Positions 11,704-24,335 are shown, counted from the stretch's first letter. The stretch: 64,000 bases of DNA from Escherichia coli (GCF_044647545.1 NZ_CP172818.1); one strand, 5' to 3'. Numbers and translations: made by a program. Notes: a model not told the origin generated them from the letters alone.

Positions 11704-12156
11704 TTATTCGTCTGAATCTAAAACATACTTTGTGAAGTATTCCTTTAACTGGGTTTCAGGAAGAGTGATTAGTGTCTCGACGATATAGGGCTGTTGTAAC
11801 TTGCCAAATAAACAGCGTAAAAGTTTCAATTGCTGCTGCGGATTTTCCACAATCAACGCAATAACCAACGATACCGCCACGTCGTTATCATCATCCGCTT
11901 GCTGAAAATGAACTTTATTTGTTGGCCTTAACAGATAAATGGCTGACGACTTAGCATGAATCGCCTCACAATGCGGTATTGCAATGGCGTGCTGCTCAAG
12001 CATTATCCCGGTAGGGAATTCTGCTTCTCTGGCAATTAATGCCTGTGGCCAGGTATCATGAACCACACCTTTCGCGAGCATCTCATTACCGATATGGGTT
12101 AAAACTTCGCTACGATCGACAAAAGAAATTCCGCTACGAACAAACAGGTTAGTCAT
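11704..12156 (-). CDS. gatA: PTS galactitol-specific EIIA
   Basis: 150 aa; EIIA mannitol/fructose-type fold, operon position. Confidence 0.92.
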   Translation of the reverse strand: MTNLFVRSGISFVDRSEVLTHIGNEMLAKGVVHDTWPQALIAREAEFPTGIMLEQHAIAIPHCEAIHAKSSAIYLLRPTNKVHFQQADDDNDVAVSLVIALIVENPQQQLKLLRCLFGKLQQPYIVETLITLPETQLKEYFTKYVLDSDE

Positions 12157-12165
12157 ATATCGTCC

Positions 12166-14365
<2,200 letters not shown>

Positions 14366-14420
14366 TCAAATGTCGAGATAACGATCACAAAAACGACAAT
14401 GTGAAAATTAATCAGAATGA

Positions 14421-14452
14421 CAGGCAAAAAAAACGGCCTCCCGGGGAAGCCG
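14421..14452 (-). terminator. Rho-independent terminator downstream of fbaB
   Basis: On minus strand: CGGCTTCC-CCGG-GGAGGCCG hairpin followed by T8. Confidence 0.6.
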
Positions 14453-14536
14453 TAACGAAGTGCGCGTGTTTTTATGCCGGATGCAACGTAAACGCCTTTT
14501 CTGTCCTACGGGGTGGTGCTGTTCATATGAGGCGCA

Positions 14537-15589
14537 TCAGGCGATAGTAATTTTGCTATCGAGATAAACGTCCTGTACGGCGTTAATCAGTTTCACGCCG
14601 TCAGCCATCGATTTCTTGAAGGCCTTACGTCCAAGAATCAGCCCCATTCCGCCTGCGCGTTTGTTGATAACCGCAGTACGCACTGCATCGCTGAGGTCAG
14701 TTTCACCGCCTGCAGCACCGCCGGAGTTTATCAACCCGGCCCGGCCCATATAGCAGTTAGCTAACTGATAACGCACCAGGTCAATCGGGTTTTCACTGGT
14801 CAGTTTGCTGTAGACTCGATCGTCGGTATAACCGTAATTAATCGCTTTATAGCCGCCGTTATTTTCCGCCATTTTTTGTTTGACGATATCTGCACCTATG
14901 GTTGCCGCCAGATGGTTCGCCTGACCAGTCAGGTCGGCGGAAACATGGTAATCAACGCCATCTTTCTTAAAGGCGGAGTTACGCAAATAGGCCCACAGCA
15001 CTGTCACCATGCCCAGCTCGTGCGCACGTTCAAAAGCCGCAGAAATTTCTTCAATCTGGCGACGTGACTCTTCCGAGCCAAAATAGATAGTCGCCCCAAC
15101 CGCCACCGCGCCCATATTGAACGCCTGCTCCACGCTGGCATACAGCGTTTGATCGTAGGTATTCGGGTAACTTAGCGTCTCGTTGTGATTAAGTTTGACG
15201 AGGAATGGAATGCGATGCGCGTAACGCCGCGATACCGATGCCAGCACGCCGTAAGTTGACGCCACACAGTTACAGCCCGCTTCGATCGCCAGTTCAACAA
15301 TGTTTTTCGGGTCAAAGTAGAGCGGGTTAGCGGCAAATGAAGCTCCGGCAGAATGCTCAACGCCCTGGTCAACCGGCAGAATAGAAAGATATCCTGTGCC
15401 AGCCAGACGCCCGGTGTTGTACAACGTCTGCATATTACGTAACACCGCTGGCGGGCGATTATTGTCAATCATCACGCGGTCTACGTAGTCATGTCCGGGG
15501 AGATAAAGCTGGTCAGAAGGAATAGTCATACAACGGTGCTGTAAAAGGTTGTCGGCGTCTTTGCCAAGCAACTGCGCAATATCTGTCAT
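14537..15589 (-). CDS. fbaB: Fructose-bisphosphate aldolase class I (FbaB)
   Basis: 350 aa from [16 protein letters not shown]; DhnA-type class I aldolase; ORF-track start (15661) over-extended by 24 codons. Confidence 0.9.
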
Positions 15590-15845
15590 TACTATGCTCC
15601 CGTAAATTCCGATTGGATATCGGCTATGGATTGTCCTGGCCCGCCTTTTGCGGGCAATCATAATCCTGGTCGTTACGGGCGAGTTTTTCCATCTTTTGGA
15701 TGTTTTTTCAGCGTTTTCTGTTGGCTCGATTCATCAGAAAAAATGTTACCGCGGTCAAGTTTTCACCGCAAAGGTATTTGAAAGGTATTATTAAGTGGTA
15801 TTGTCATCGCGTACCTTACATTACCTGTCATGAAGGAATTAAAAG

Positions 15846-17123
15846 ATGAAAACAACAGCAAAGCTGTCGTTCATGATGTTTGTTGAATGGTTTATCTGGG
15901 GCGCGTGGTTTGTGCCATTGTGGTTGTGGTTAAGTAAAAGCGGTTTTAGTGCCGGAGAAATTGGCTGGTCGTATGCCTGTACCGCCATTGCGGCGATCCT
16001 GTCGCCGATTCTGGTTGGCTCCATCACTGACCGCTTTTTCTCGGCACAGAAAGTGCTGGCGGTATTGATGTTCGCTGGTGCGGTGCTGATGTATTTCGCC
16101 GCGCAACAGACCACTTTTGCCGGGTTCTTCCCGTTACTGCTGGCCTACTCGCTAACCTATATGCCGACCATTGCGCTGACTAACAGTATCGCTTTTGCCA
16201 ACGTGCCGGATGTGGAGCGTGATTTCCCACGCATTCGTGTGATGGGGACTATCGGCTGGATTGCCTCTGGTCTGGCATGTGGATTCTTGCCGCAAATGCT
16301 GGGTTATGCCGATATCTCACCGACGAACATCCCGCTGCTGATTACTGCCGGAAGTTCTGCTCTGCTTGGTGTGTTTGCGTTTTTTCTGCCCGACACGCCA
16401 CCAAAAAGCACCGGCAAAATGGATATTAAAGTCATGCTCGGCCTGGATGCGCTGATCCTGCTGCGCGATAAGAACTTCCTCGTATTTTTCTTCTGTTCAT
16501 TCCTGTTTGCGATGCCACTGGCGTTCTATTACATCTTTGCCAACGGTTATCTGACCGAAGTTGGCATGAAAAACGCCACTGGCTGGATGACGCTCGGCCA
16601 GTTCTCTGAAATCTTCTTTATGCTGGCATTGCCGTTTTTCACTAAACGCTTTGGTATCAAAAAGGTATTGTTGCTTGGTCTAGTCACCGCTGCGATCCGC
16701 TATGGCTTCTTTATTTACGGTAGTGCGGATGAATATTTCACCTACGCGTTACTGTTCCTCGGTATTTTGCTGCACGGCGTAAGTTACGATTTTTACTACG
16801 TTACCGCTTACATCTATGTCGATAAAAAAGCTCCCGTGCATATGCGTACCGCCGCGCAGGGGCTGATCACGCTCTGCTGCCAGGGCTTCGGCAGTTTGCT
16901 CGGCTATCGTCTTGGCGGTGTGATGATGGAAAAGATGTTCGCTTATCAGGAACCGGTAAACGGACTGACTTTCAACTGGGCCGGGATGTGGACTTTCGGC
17001 GCGGTGATGATTGCCATTATCGCCGTGCTGTTCATGATTTTTTTCCGCGAATCCGACAACGAAATTACGGCTATCAAGGTCGATGATCGCGATATTGCGT
17101 TGACACAAGGGGAAGTTAAATGA
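15846..17123 (+). CDS. yegT: Nucleoside:H+ symporter-family MFS transporter YegT
   Basis: 425 aa, 12 predicted TM helices, NupG/XapB-like. Confidence 0.88.
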   Translation: MKTTAKLSFMMFVEWFIWGAWFVPLWLWLSKSGFSAGEIGWSYACTAIAAILSPILVGSITDRFFSAQKVLAVLMFAGAVLMYFAAQQTTFAGFFPLLLAYSLTYMPTIALTNSIAFANVPDVERDFPRIRVMGTIGWIASGLACGFLPQMLGYADISPTNIPLLITAGSSALLGVFAFFLPDTPPKSTGKMDIKVMLGLDALILLRDKNFLVFFFCSFLFAMPLAFYYIFANGYLTEVGMKNATGWMTLGQFSEIFFMLALPFFTKRFGIKKVLLLGLVTAAIRYGFFIYGSADEYFTYALLFLGILLHGVSYDFYYVTAYIYVDKKAPVHMRTAAQGLITLCCQGFGSLLGYRLGGVMMEKMFAYQEPVNGLTFNWAGMWTFGAVMIAIIAVLFMIFFRESDNEITAIKVDDRDIALTQGEVK

Positions 17124-18124
17124 AAACAGAACGTATTCTCGGTGCTCTTTATGGGCAGGCGTTAGGGGATGCGATGGGGATGCCCTCCGAGCTTTGGCCA
17201 CGCAGCCGCGTTAAAGCACACTTTGGCTGGATTGATCATTTTCTGCCTGGACCAAAGGAGAATAACGCGGCCTGTTATTTTAACCGCGCCGAATTCACCG
17301 ACGATACCTCGATGGCGCTGTGTCTGGCGGATGCGTTACTGGAACGTAAAGGCAAGATCGATCCGGATCTGATTGGGCGTAATATTCTCGACTGGGCGCT
17401 GCGTTTCGACGCCTTTAACAAAAACGTACTAGGTCCGACCTCGAAGATTGCGCTTAACGCCATTCGCGACGGTAAACCCGTTGCTGAACTGGAAAATAAC
17501 GGCGTGACCAACGGCGCAGCGATGCGCGTCTCGCCATTAGGTTGTTTGCTTCCGGCGCACGATATTGACTCTTTTATTGATGATGTGGCGCTGGCCTCCA
17601 GCCCGACACATAAATCCGATCTGGCGGTTGCGGGGGCGGTAGTCATCGCATGGGCGATTTCTCGTGCCATTGACGGAGAAAGCTGGTCAGCGATTGTTGA
17701 TTCACTGCCTTCAATTGCGCGACATGCTCAACAAAAACGCATCACTACCTTCAGCGCCTCACTGGCAGCACGTCTGGAGATTGCGCTGAAAATTGTGCGC
17801 AATGCCGATGGCACCGAATCCGCCAGCGAACAGCTTTACCAGGTCGTTGGCGCAGGTACCAGCACTATTGAGTCCGTTCCGTGCGCCATTGCGCTGGTTG
17901 AACTGGCACAAACCGACCCGAACCGTTGCGCCGTCCTGTGCGCTAACCTTGGCGGCGACACAGACACCATCGGTGCTATGGCGACGGCAATTTGTGGCGC
18001 GTTGCATGGCGTTAACGCTATCGATCCTGCGTTAAAGGCGGAACTGGATGCAGTAAATCAGCTTGATTTCAACCGCTATGCCACGGCGCTGGCGAAGTAT
18101 CGCCAACAACGGGAGGCGATATGA
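17120..18124 (+). CDS. yegU: ADP-ribosylglycohydrolase-family protein YegU
   Basis: 334 aa; ARH family N-terminal signature (GALYGQALGDAMGMP ... DDTSMAL); start overlaps yegT stop (ATGA). Confidence 0.88.
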   Translation: MKTERILGALYGQALGDAMGMPSELWPRSRVKAHFGWIDHFLPGPKENNAACYFNRAEFTDDTSMALCLADALLERKGKIDPDLIGRNILDWALRFDAFNKNVLGPTSKIALNAIRDGKPVAELENNGVTNGAAMRVSPLGCLLPAHDIDSFIDDVALASSPTHKSDLAVAGAVVIAWAISRAIDGESWSAIVDSLPSIARHAQQKRITTFSASLAARLEIALKIVRNADGTESASEQLYQVVGAGTSTIESVPCAIALVELAQTDPNRCAVLCANLGGDTDTIGAMATAICGALHGVNAIDPALKAELDAVNQLDFNRYATALAKYRQQREAI

Positions 18125-19086
18125 GCGGCGCTCGATTACACACGCTGCTGCCTGAATTAGCCACGCGTCAGCCGGTGATGGTCGTCGGCGCGGCGGTCAT
18201 TGATGTGATCGCCGACGCTTATGCCCTCCCCTGGCGTGGGTGCGATATCGAACTGAAACAGCAGAGCGTTAACGTTGGCGGCTGTGCACTGAATATTGCC
18301 GTGGCATTAAAGCGCCTCGGCATCGAAGCGGGTAATGCCTTGCCGCTCGGTCAGGGGGTGTGGGCGGAGATTATTCGCAACCGGATGGCAAAAGAGGACT
18401 TAATCAGCCTGATCGATAACGCCGAAGGTGATAACGGCTGGTGTCTGGCGCTGGTTGAGCCGGATGGCGAACGCACTTTTATGTCATTCAGCGGTGTGGA
18501 AAATCAGTGGAATCGCCAGTGGCTGGCGCGATTAACCGTTGCGCCTGGCAGCCTGCTCTATTTTTCCGGTTATCAACTGGCCTCGCCCTGCGGCGAATTG
18601 TTAGTGGAATGGCTGGAAGAGCTGCAAGACGTGACGCCATTTATCGATTTTGGCCCACGTATTGGCGATATCCCGGATGCATTACTGGCGCGGATCATGG
18701 CCTGTCGACCTTTAGTGTCACTCAATCGTCAGGAGGCTGAGATTGCCGCCGAACGTTTTGCTTTATCCGCAGAGATAACAACACTAGGCAAGCAATGGCA
18801 GGAGAAATTTGCTGCGCCGTTGATCGTTCGTCTCGATAAAGAGGGCGCATGGTATTTCAGCAACGACGCTTCTGGCTGCATTCCGGCATTTCCAACGCAA
18901 GTTGTAGACACCATTGGGGCGGGCGACAGTCATGCCGGCGGCGTACTTGCCGGGCTGGCCTCTGGTCTGCCACTGGCGGATGCCGTATTACTGGGCAATG
19001 CAGTGGCGTCGTGGGTTGTCGGGCATCGGGGCGGTGATTGTGCGCCAACGCGCGAGGAACTACTCCTCGCACACAAAAACGTATAG
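18121..19086 (+). CDS. yegV: PfkB/ribokinase-family sugar or nucleoside kinase YegV
   Basis: 321 aa; PfkB C-terminal motif (DTIGAGDSHAGG); start overlaps yegU stop (ATGA). Confidence 0.88.
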   Translation: MSGARLHTLLPELATRQPVMVVGAAVIDVIADAYALPWRGCDIELKQQSVNVGGCALNIAVALKRLGIEAGNALPLGQGVWAEIIRNRMAKEDLISLIDNAEGDNGWCLALVEPDGERTFMSFSGVENQWNRQWLARLTVAPGSLLYFSGYQLASPCGELLVEWLEELQDVTPFIDFGPRIGDIPDALLARIMACRPLVSLNRQEAEIAAERFALSAEITTLGKQWQEKFAAPLIVRLDKEGAWYFSNDASGCIPAFPTQVVDTIGAGDSHAGGVLAGLASGLPLADAVLLGNAVASWVVGHRGGDCAPTREELLLAHKNV

Positions 19087-19806
19087 ATCGCTGCGACAGT
19101 GGCTGATGCTGTACTCAATAGGCCGTTGCTGTTGGTCAAGCGCCACTTGCTTGATCACCAGCACCGGTACTTTGCTATCTAACTGAATATGTGACTGAAA
19201 CTCGGCATCCGGCATCCGGGCGCTAACGCGGGAACGCGTACGTTGTGGGTAAATGTGCTGGCTGCGGAAGTAGTCATAAAGAGAAATTCCGATGGCATCA
19301 ACATCATGAATTAAATGCGCCGGAACCCACGATTCCTCAATCGATACCGCTTCTTCATCGACATAGCGAATACGCTTAAGCAAAAAGACATCACTTCCCG
19401 CTTCGACCGCCAGCTGCTGCGCAACTTCTTCGGGACATTTCACGACACGCTTGTTAACCCATAGCGTATCGGGCTTTTTCCCGCGCAATACCACCTGCTG
19501 AGAAAAACCTCGCGCTTCTTTCAACGAGTATTCGAAGATGTTGTTGATCTGCGTACCGTAACCACGCGAACGCGTCACCACGCCCTCTTCTTCCAGCGCC
19601 TGCATCGCCTTGCGCACCGTAATGCGCGAAACGCCGGTTAACTGACTTAAATCACGCTCACCGGGCAAAATATTGCCATGCTCCAGCACCCCGCTGCGCA
19701 CGGCATTTTTTACCGTTTCGGCAAACTTAATATAAAGCGGCGTGTTATCCGCCGCTAAAATACGTTCGTTCAGTTGGGCAATCAGCTGGGTATGCGCTTG
19801 TTCCAT
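19060..19806 (-). CDS. yegW: GntR/HutC-family transcriptional regulator YegW
   Basis: 248 aa; N-terminal GntR wHTH (PGERDLSQLTGVSRITVRKAM), C-terminal UTRA domain; convergent with, and overlapping, yegV 3' end. Confidence 0.88.
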   Translation of the reverse strand: MEQAHTQLIAQLNERILAADNTPLYIKFAETVKNAVRSGVLEHGNILPGERDLSQLTGVSRITVRKAMQALEEEGVVTRSRGYGTQINNIFEYSLKEARGFSQQVVLRGKKPDTLWVNKRVVKCPEEVAQQLAVEAGSDVFLLKRIRYVDEEAVSIEESWVPAHLIHDVDAIGISLYDYFRSQHIYPQRTRSRVSARMPDAEFQSHIQLDSKVPVLVIKQVALDQQQRPIEYSISHCRSDLYVFVCEE

Positions 19807-19857
19807 TTGTCTTTTTCCTGCCGGGGAGTCTGGTGGGAGTATATCACTGCTTCTTAT

Positions 19858-20685
19858 TTAAGGCGTTTCTTTAATCCCATCAACGAATCCCTGCAACTCC
19901 TCCTCTGTGCCATTAAACACATTAAAATCCACCGGACCATTAATGCCATCTACCTGCCCACGGTCGGAATGCTGCCAGAAGCGCCAGGCCATGCCGTCAT
20001 TGTCCGGACGACGTTGATAGTAGTGAGCCACCCACCACGGATATTCATTGAAATAGCCCGCCAGATTCGTGTGATAAAAAACGGCTCCTGAGTAAATAAT
20101 CGGCTTTTTCCCCGTACTTTTTTCGACCATTTTTAGCCACTGACTTACCCGCTTGCGTAATTCTTTTGCCGATAATTTTCCCCGTTCTTCTACGTCCAGC
20201 ACGGCAGGGAAATCGCCTTGTGAGAAATCCACCGTTTGCAGAAATAATCTCGCCTGAACTGAAGCGGATACCGACGGGGAAAAATAATGATACGCCCCGC
20301 GCAGCAGGCCATTTTCGCGGCTTAGTTGCCAGTTACGCGAAAAATAGGGGTCCACCAGCTTTTCGCCTTCCGTCGCCTTAATAAAAGCAAACTGTAAGCG
20401 GATACCGTTGTCGCGCATTTTTGCCACCCGCTGCCAGTCGATCCGCTCCTGCCAGCGCGAAACATCTATTCCGTGAATGGTGTAACTGGCAGGAATGCGA
20501 ATAGCAAAAGATTTGACTGGACGATAACCGTAGAAGTGGATGTAGTCTTTAATCTGAATTGCTGTCGAGTAGAAAAAATTCACCGTCTGACGCGGATAAA
20601 TTGCAACGATGGAAATTAGCCCAAGAGCGCATAATAAAGCGGTGAATTTTTTTCGACTGGTGATTCTCAGCTGCATTGGTTTCAT
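19858..20685 (-). CDS. yegX: Glycoside hydrolase family 25 (lysozyme-like) protein YegX with N-terminal membrane anchor/signal
   Basis: 275 aa; hydrophobic N-terminus (FTALLCALGLISIVAIY) then GH25 catalytic region (GIDVSRWQ ... FAFIKATEG). Confidence 0.85.
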   Translation of the reverse strand: MKPMQLRITSRKKFTALLCALGLISIVAIYPRQTVNFFYSTAIQIKDYIHFYGYRPVKSFAIRIPASYTIHGIDVSRWQERIDWQRVAKMRDNGIRLQFAFIKATEGEKLVDPYFSRNWQLSRENGLLRGAYHYFSPSVSASVQARLFLQTVDFSQGDFPAVLDVEERGKLSAKELRKRVSQWLKMVEKSTGKKPIIYSGAVFYHTNLAGYFNEYPWWVAHYYQRRPDNDGMAWRFWQHSDRGQVDGINGPVDFNVFNGTEEELQGFVDGIKETP

Positions 20686-20740
20686 CCCTGAATGTCAGCG
20701 CCAAAGGCTGACAATAACCAAAGCAGCTATAGTACGGTGC

Positions 20741-21541
20741 TCACCACCAGGCGTGGAAGTGGTGAACCGGACCAATACCGTGACCAACTTCCAGCGTGTC
20801 GGCCTGGGCTAACGCCGATGAAAGCCAGCTTTTTGCCTCCTGTACGGTGTCAGCCCAGTTTGTATGGCGCGGGCGCAGTGCAGCCAACGCCGCAGAGAGC
20901 GTACAACCAGTGCCGTGAGTGTTTTTGGTCATAATGCGCGGTGCGGTAAACCGTTGTTCCCCCTCACGAGTAAACAGCCAGTCCGGGCTTTGCCCATCAT
21001 CCAGATGACCACCTTTCATTAGCACTGCGCCACAGCCCATCGCCAACAGCGATCGCCCTTGTTCCAGCATTTCCTGTTCGGTGCGCGCGTGTGGCGCGTC
21101 GAGCAAGGCGGCTGCTTCGGGCAAGTTTGGCGTTATTAATGAAACCTGTGGCAATAATCGACTGCGCAGCGTAGCAACCGCCGAAGGTGAAAGCAGCGGG
21201 TCGCCGCTTTTTGCCAGCATAACGGTGTCGAGTACCACGTTTTGGATCTGATAACGTTGCAACCGTTCTGCCACCGCTTCAACAATATCGGTTTCCGCCA
21301 ACATACCGATTTTAGTGGTGTCGATTCGCACATCACTGAACACCGAATCGAGCTGGGCGGCGACAAAATCAGGCTCAATGCGATACACCGACTGTACGCC
21401 ACGGGTATTTTGCGCCACCAGTGCAGTAATAACTGAGCAACCATAAGCGCCAAGTGCCGAGAAGGTTTTAAGATCGGCCTGAATCCCCGCACCACCACTC
21501 GGATCAGTACCGGCAATCGTCAGAGCGTTAATTCGTTTCAT
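20741..21541 (-). CDS. thiD: Hydroxymethylpyrimidine/phosphomethylpyrimidine kinase ThiD
   Basis: 266 aa; recognised ThiD; start overlaps thiM stop. Confidence 0.93.
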   Translation of the reverse strand: MKRINALTIAGTDPSGGAGIQADLKTFSALGAYGCSVITALVAQNTRGVQSVYRIEPDFVAAQLDSVFSDVRIDTTKIGMLAETDIVEAVAERLQRYQIQNVVLDTVMLAKSGDPLLSPSAVATLRSRLLPQVSLITPNLPEAAALLDAPHARTEQEMLEQGRSLLAMGCGAVLMKGGHLDDGQSPDWLFTREGEQRFTAPRIMTKNTHGTGCTLSAALAALRPRHTNWADTVQEAKSWLSSALAQADTLEVGHGIGPVHHFHAWW

Positions 21542-22326
21542 GCCTGCACCTCCTGCGTCAATTGCCAGAGCGCATCAAGGAAATGTGGAACAAAACTGCC
21601 TGGCCCCTCGCTTCTGGCAACTGCGCGTTCTCCGGCTTGTTTCATCCAGTGACAGGCAGATGCGATATTTTCCAACGTATCGCCTGGTAGCGCACAACAG
21701 GCAGCGACAACCGCCGATAATGCACAGCCAGTTCCTACCACTTTGGTCATTAGCGGATCGCCACCGTGAATGCCAACGATACGATGTCCATCGGTAACAT
21801 AATCCACCTCGCCAGTGACCACGACGATTGCGCCAGTTTCCCGTGCCAGTGTTTGTGCAGCAGGTATCGCGTTAGCTGCGGCATCAGTGGTATCCACTCC
21901 CCGTCCGCCATTAGCAACGCCAGCTAATGCCATGATTTCCGAAGCATTACCACGTATGGCGGTTGGCTTATGAGACAGAAGTTCCAGACAAAAACGGCGG
22001 CGATAATCGAGTGCACCCACCGCTACTGGATCAAGCGTCCAGGGTGTTTGAGAGCGTTTTGCCTGTTCAACGGCGGCACGCATCGCCTGTGCGCGTGGCT
22101 GCGTCAGCGTGCCAACGTTAATCAGCAACGCACTGGCGATTGCCGCAAACTGACTGGCCTCTTCGGTTTCGATGACCATCGCTGGCGATGCACCGAGCGC
22201 CAGTAAGGTATTGGCAGTAAAGGTTTGCACCACATCATTGGTCATACAGTGCACAAGGGGGGAATGTTTGTGAAAAAGATGTAACGCGTGCGCAGATTGC
22301 GCGGAACTCAGCAGGTCGACTTGCAT
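21538..22326 (-). CDS. thiM: Hydroxyethylthiazole kinase ThiM
   Basis: 262 aa; recognised ThiM; preceded by TPP riboswitch. Confidence 0.93.
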   Translation of the reverse strand: MQVDLLSSAQSAHALHLFHKHSPLVHCMTNDVVQTFTANTLLALGASPAMVIETEEASQFAAIASALLINVGTLTQPRAQAMRAAVEQAKRSQTPWTLDPVAVGALDYRRRFCLELLSHKPTAIRGNASEIMALAGVANGGRGVDTTDAAANAIPAAQTLARETGAIVVVTGEVDYVTDGHRIVGIHGGDPLMTKVVGTGCALSAVVAACCALPGDTLENIASACHWMKQAGERAVARSEGPGSFVPHFLDALWQLTQEVQA

Positions 22327-22334
22327 AGTTTGCT

Positions 22335-22455
22335 CCTGCCATAACGTGAAGAAGCAATGACCTGGTGGTCCGTGACTTCCCTACGCTGGCATTATCCAGA
22401 TCAGGTGATACGGGTATTTCTCAGCCTTCACGCAGAAGGGCACCCCGAGTCGTTT
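22335..22455 (-). promoter_or_regulatory. TPP (THI-box) riboswitch in thiMD 5' UTR
   Basis: Minus-strand sequence GGGGTGCCCTTCTGCGTGAAGGCTGAGAAATACCCGTATCACCTGATCTGGATAATGCCAGCGTAGGGAAGTCACGG matches the remembered E. coli thiM aptamer, including the CUGAGA motif. Confidence 0.85.
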
Positions 22456-22548
22456 GGTTGCGATAATAAATCGCAGAGGAGGATGGTAATGTCCAGCGCA
22501 CGCGTTGTAAACGGGGAAAAACGGCGGTATTACAATAACGTTGTGAAA

Positions 22549-22821
22549 TTATTTGATATAAGAATCCAGCACCTTCAGAACGACATCCAGATCTTCTTCA
22601 CGTTTTAGCTCATCCCCCTGGTGAACGATGTGTTCCGTCAGATGGCCTTTAATCACTTCCCGCATCAGACCGTTTACCGCGCCACGGATAGCAGCAATCT
22701 GTTGTAAAACTGCAGCGCATTCGTGCGGCTCGTCGAGCATTTTCTTGAGCGCCACGACCTGGCCCTGAATCTTACTGGCACGCGCTTTCAGTTTCTGTTT
22801 ATCACGGATGGTATGAGACAT
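22549..22821 (-). CDS. rcnR: Ni/Co-responsive repressor RcnR (CsoR/RcnR family)
   Basis: 90 aa; divergent from rcnA; recognised RcnR. Confidence 0.92.
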
Positions 22822-22869
22822 GGCAACACCTGGTTAACAAGAATATGAAAAATCATAGCACTATTAATC

Positions 22870-22904
22870 TACTGGGGGGTAGTATCAGGTACTGGGGGGG
22901 AGTA
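22870..22904. promoter_or_regulatory. Two RcnR operator sites (TACT-G6/7-N-AGTA) in rcnR-rcnA divergent promoter region
   Basis: Direct reading: TACTGGGGGGTAGTA (22870-22884) and TACTGGGGGGGAGTA (22890-22904), matching the remembered RcnR G-tract operator pattern. Confidence 0.8.
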
Positions 22905-22941
22905 GAATCAGATTGCCGAATTAATACTAAGAATTATTATC

Positions 22942-23745
22942 ATGACCGAATTTACCACTCTTCTTCAGCAAGGAAATGCCTGGTTCTTCATCCCCAGCGC
23001 CATCTTACTTGGTGCGCTTCATGGCCTGGAACCAGGGCACTCAAAAACGATGATGGCGGCGTTTATCATCGCCATCAAAGGCACCATTAAACAGGCGGTG
23101 ATGCTCGGACTGGCAGCAACCATTTCGCATACCGCGGTGGTCTGGTTGATTGCCTTTGGCGGGATGGTAATCAGCAAACGTTTTACTGCTCAATCTGCAG
23201 AACCGTGGCTCCAGTTGATTTCCGCGGTGATCATTATTGGCACCGCGTTCTGGATGTTCTGGCGTACCTGGCGCGGCGAACGCAACTGGCTGGAGAATAT
23301 GCACGAGCACGAGCACGAGCACGAGCATGATCATGAGCATCATCACCATCACGAACATGGCGAGTATCAGGATGCCCATGCACGAGCCCATTCCAATGAC
23401 ATTAAAAGACGATTTGATGGTAGAGAGGTCACCAACTGGCAAATTTTGTTATTTGGCTTAACCGGTGGCCTTATCCCCTGCCCGGCAGCAATTACCGTGC
23501 TGTTGATTTGCATTCAGTTGAAAGCCCTGACACTGGGCGCAACACTGGTCGTCAGTTTTAGCATTGGCCTGGCGTTAACGCTTGTCACCGTAGGCGTTGG
23601 CGCAGCAATCAGCGTTCAGCAGGTCGCAAAACGCTGGAGCGGATTTAACACTCTCGCTAAACGCGCCCCCTATTTTTCCAGTCTGTTGATTGGCTTAGTT
23701 GGTGTGTATATGGGCGTACATGGCTTCATGGGCATAATGCGATAA
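22942..23745 (+). CDS. rcnA: Nickel/cobalt efflux protein RcnA with His-rich cytoplasmic loop
   Basis: 267 aa; TM helices plus HEHEHEHEHDHEHHHHHEH loop encoded by hexanucleotide repeat. Confidence 0.92.
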   Translation: MTEFTTLLQQGNAWFFIPSAILLGALHGLEPGHSKTMMAAFIIAIKGTIKQAVMLGLAATISHTAVVWLIAFGGMVISKRFTAQSAEPWLQLISAVIIIGTAFWMFWRTWRGERNWLENMHEHEHEHEHDHEHHHHHEHGEYQDAHARAHSNDIKRRFDGREVTNWQILLFGLTGGLIPCPAAITVLLICIQLKALTLGATLVVSFSIGLALTLVTVGVGAAISVQQVAKRWSGFNTLAKRAPYFSSLLIGLVGVYMGVHGFMGIMR

Positions 23746-23963
23746 CTCAATCCTTTAGGCTTGCATGTTATCTTCAGCCCAGGATGATTCTTAAATCAGC
23801 TATTTCCGCTGACTCTCTGCTCGCTAAGGATGCTTTTAGAGCATCCTTTCATTTACACTTTTTACGAAATCATGGGATCACTAACAAAATATCGCTTGTC
23901 AGTTATATTGTATGGCAGGAAAGATATGCGACTGATATTACAGATCCCCAAAGTGGAGAGTTT

Positions 23964-24302
23964 ATGACCATTAAAAATAAGATGTTGCTGGGTGCGCTTT
24001 TGCTGGTTACCAGTGCCGCCTGGGCCGCACCAGCCACCGCGGGTTCGACCAATACCTCGGGAATTTCTAAGTATGAGTTAAGCAGTTTCATTGCTGACTT
24101 TAAGCATTTCAAACCAGGCGATACCGTCCCAGAGATGTACCGCACCGATGAGTACAACATTAAGCAGTGGCAGTTACGTAACCTGCCCGCGCCTGATGCC
24201 GGGACGCACTGGACCTATATGGGTGGCGCGTACGTGTTGATCAGCGACACCGACGGTAAAATCATTAAAGCCTACGACGGTGAGATTTTTTATCATCGCT
24301 AA
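23964..24302 (+). CDS. rcnB: Periplasmic Ni/Co homeostasis protein RcnB (YohN)
   Basis: 112 aa from MTIKNKMLLGALLLVTSAAWA (signal peptide); ORF-track start at 23784 over-extended. Confidence 0.85.
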   Translation: MTIKNKMLLGALLLVTSAAWAAPATAGSTNTSGISKYELSSFIADFKHFKPGDTVPEMYRTDEYNIKQWQLRNLPAPDAGTHWTYMGGAYVLISDTDGKIIKAYDGEIFYHR

Positions 24303-24335
24303 AAAAAAGCCCCCTCGAAGAGAGGGGGGAATGCA
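24303..24335. terminator. Hairpin terminator between convergent rcnB and yehA
   Basis: AAAAAAAAGCCCCCTCGAAGAGAGGGGGGAA: GC stem flanked by A-run upstream and T-rich sequence downstream; could function in both directions. Confidence 0.6.

Noticed and set aside
19858-22326. Possible prophage remnant suggested by the lysozyme-like yegX
   Set aside because: No integrase, capsid, tail or holin genes nearby; neighbours are a GntR regulator and thiMD housekeeping genes.
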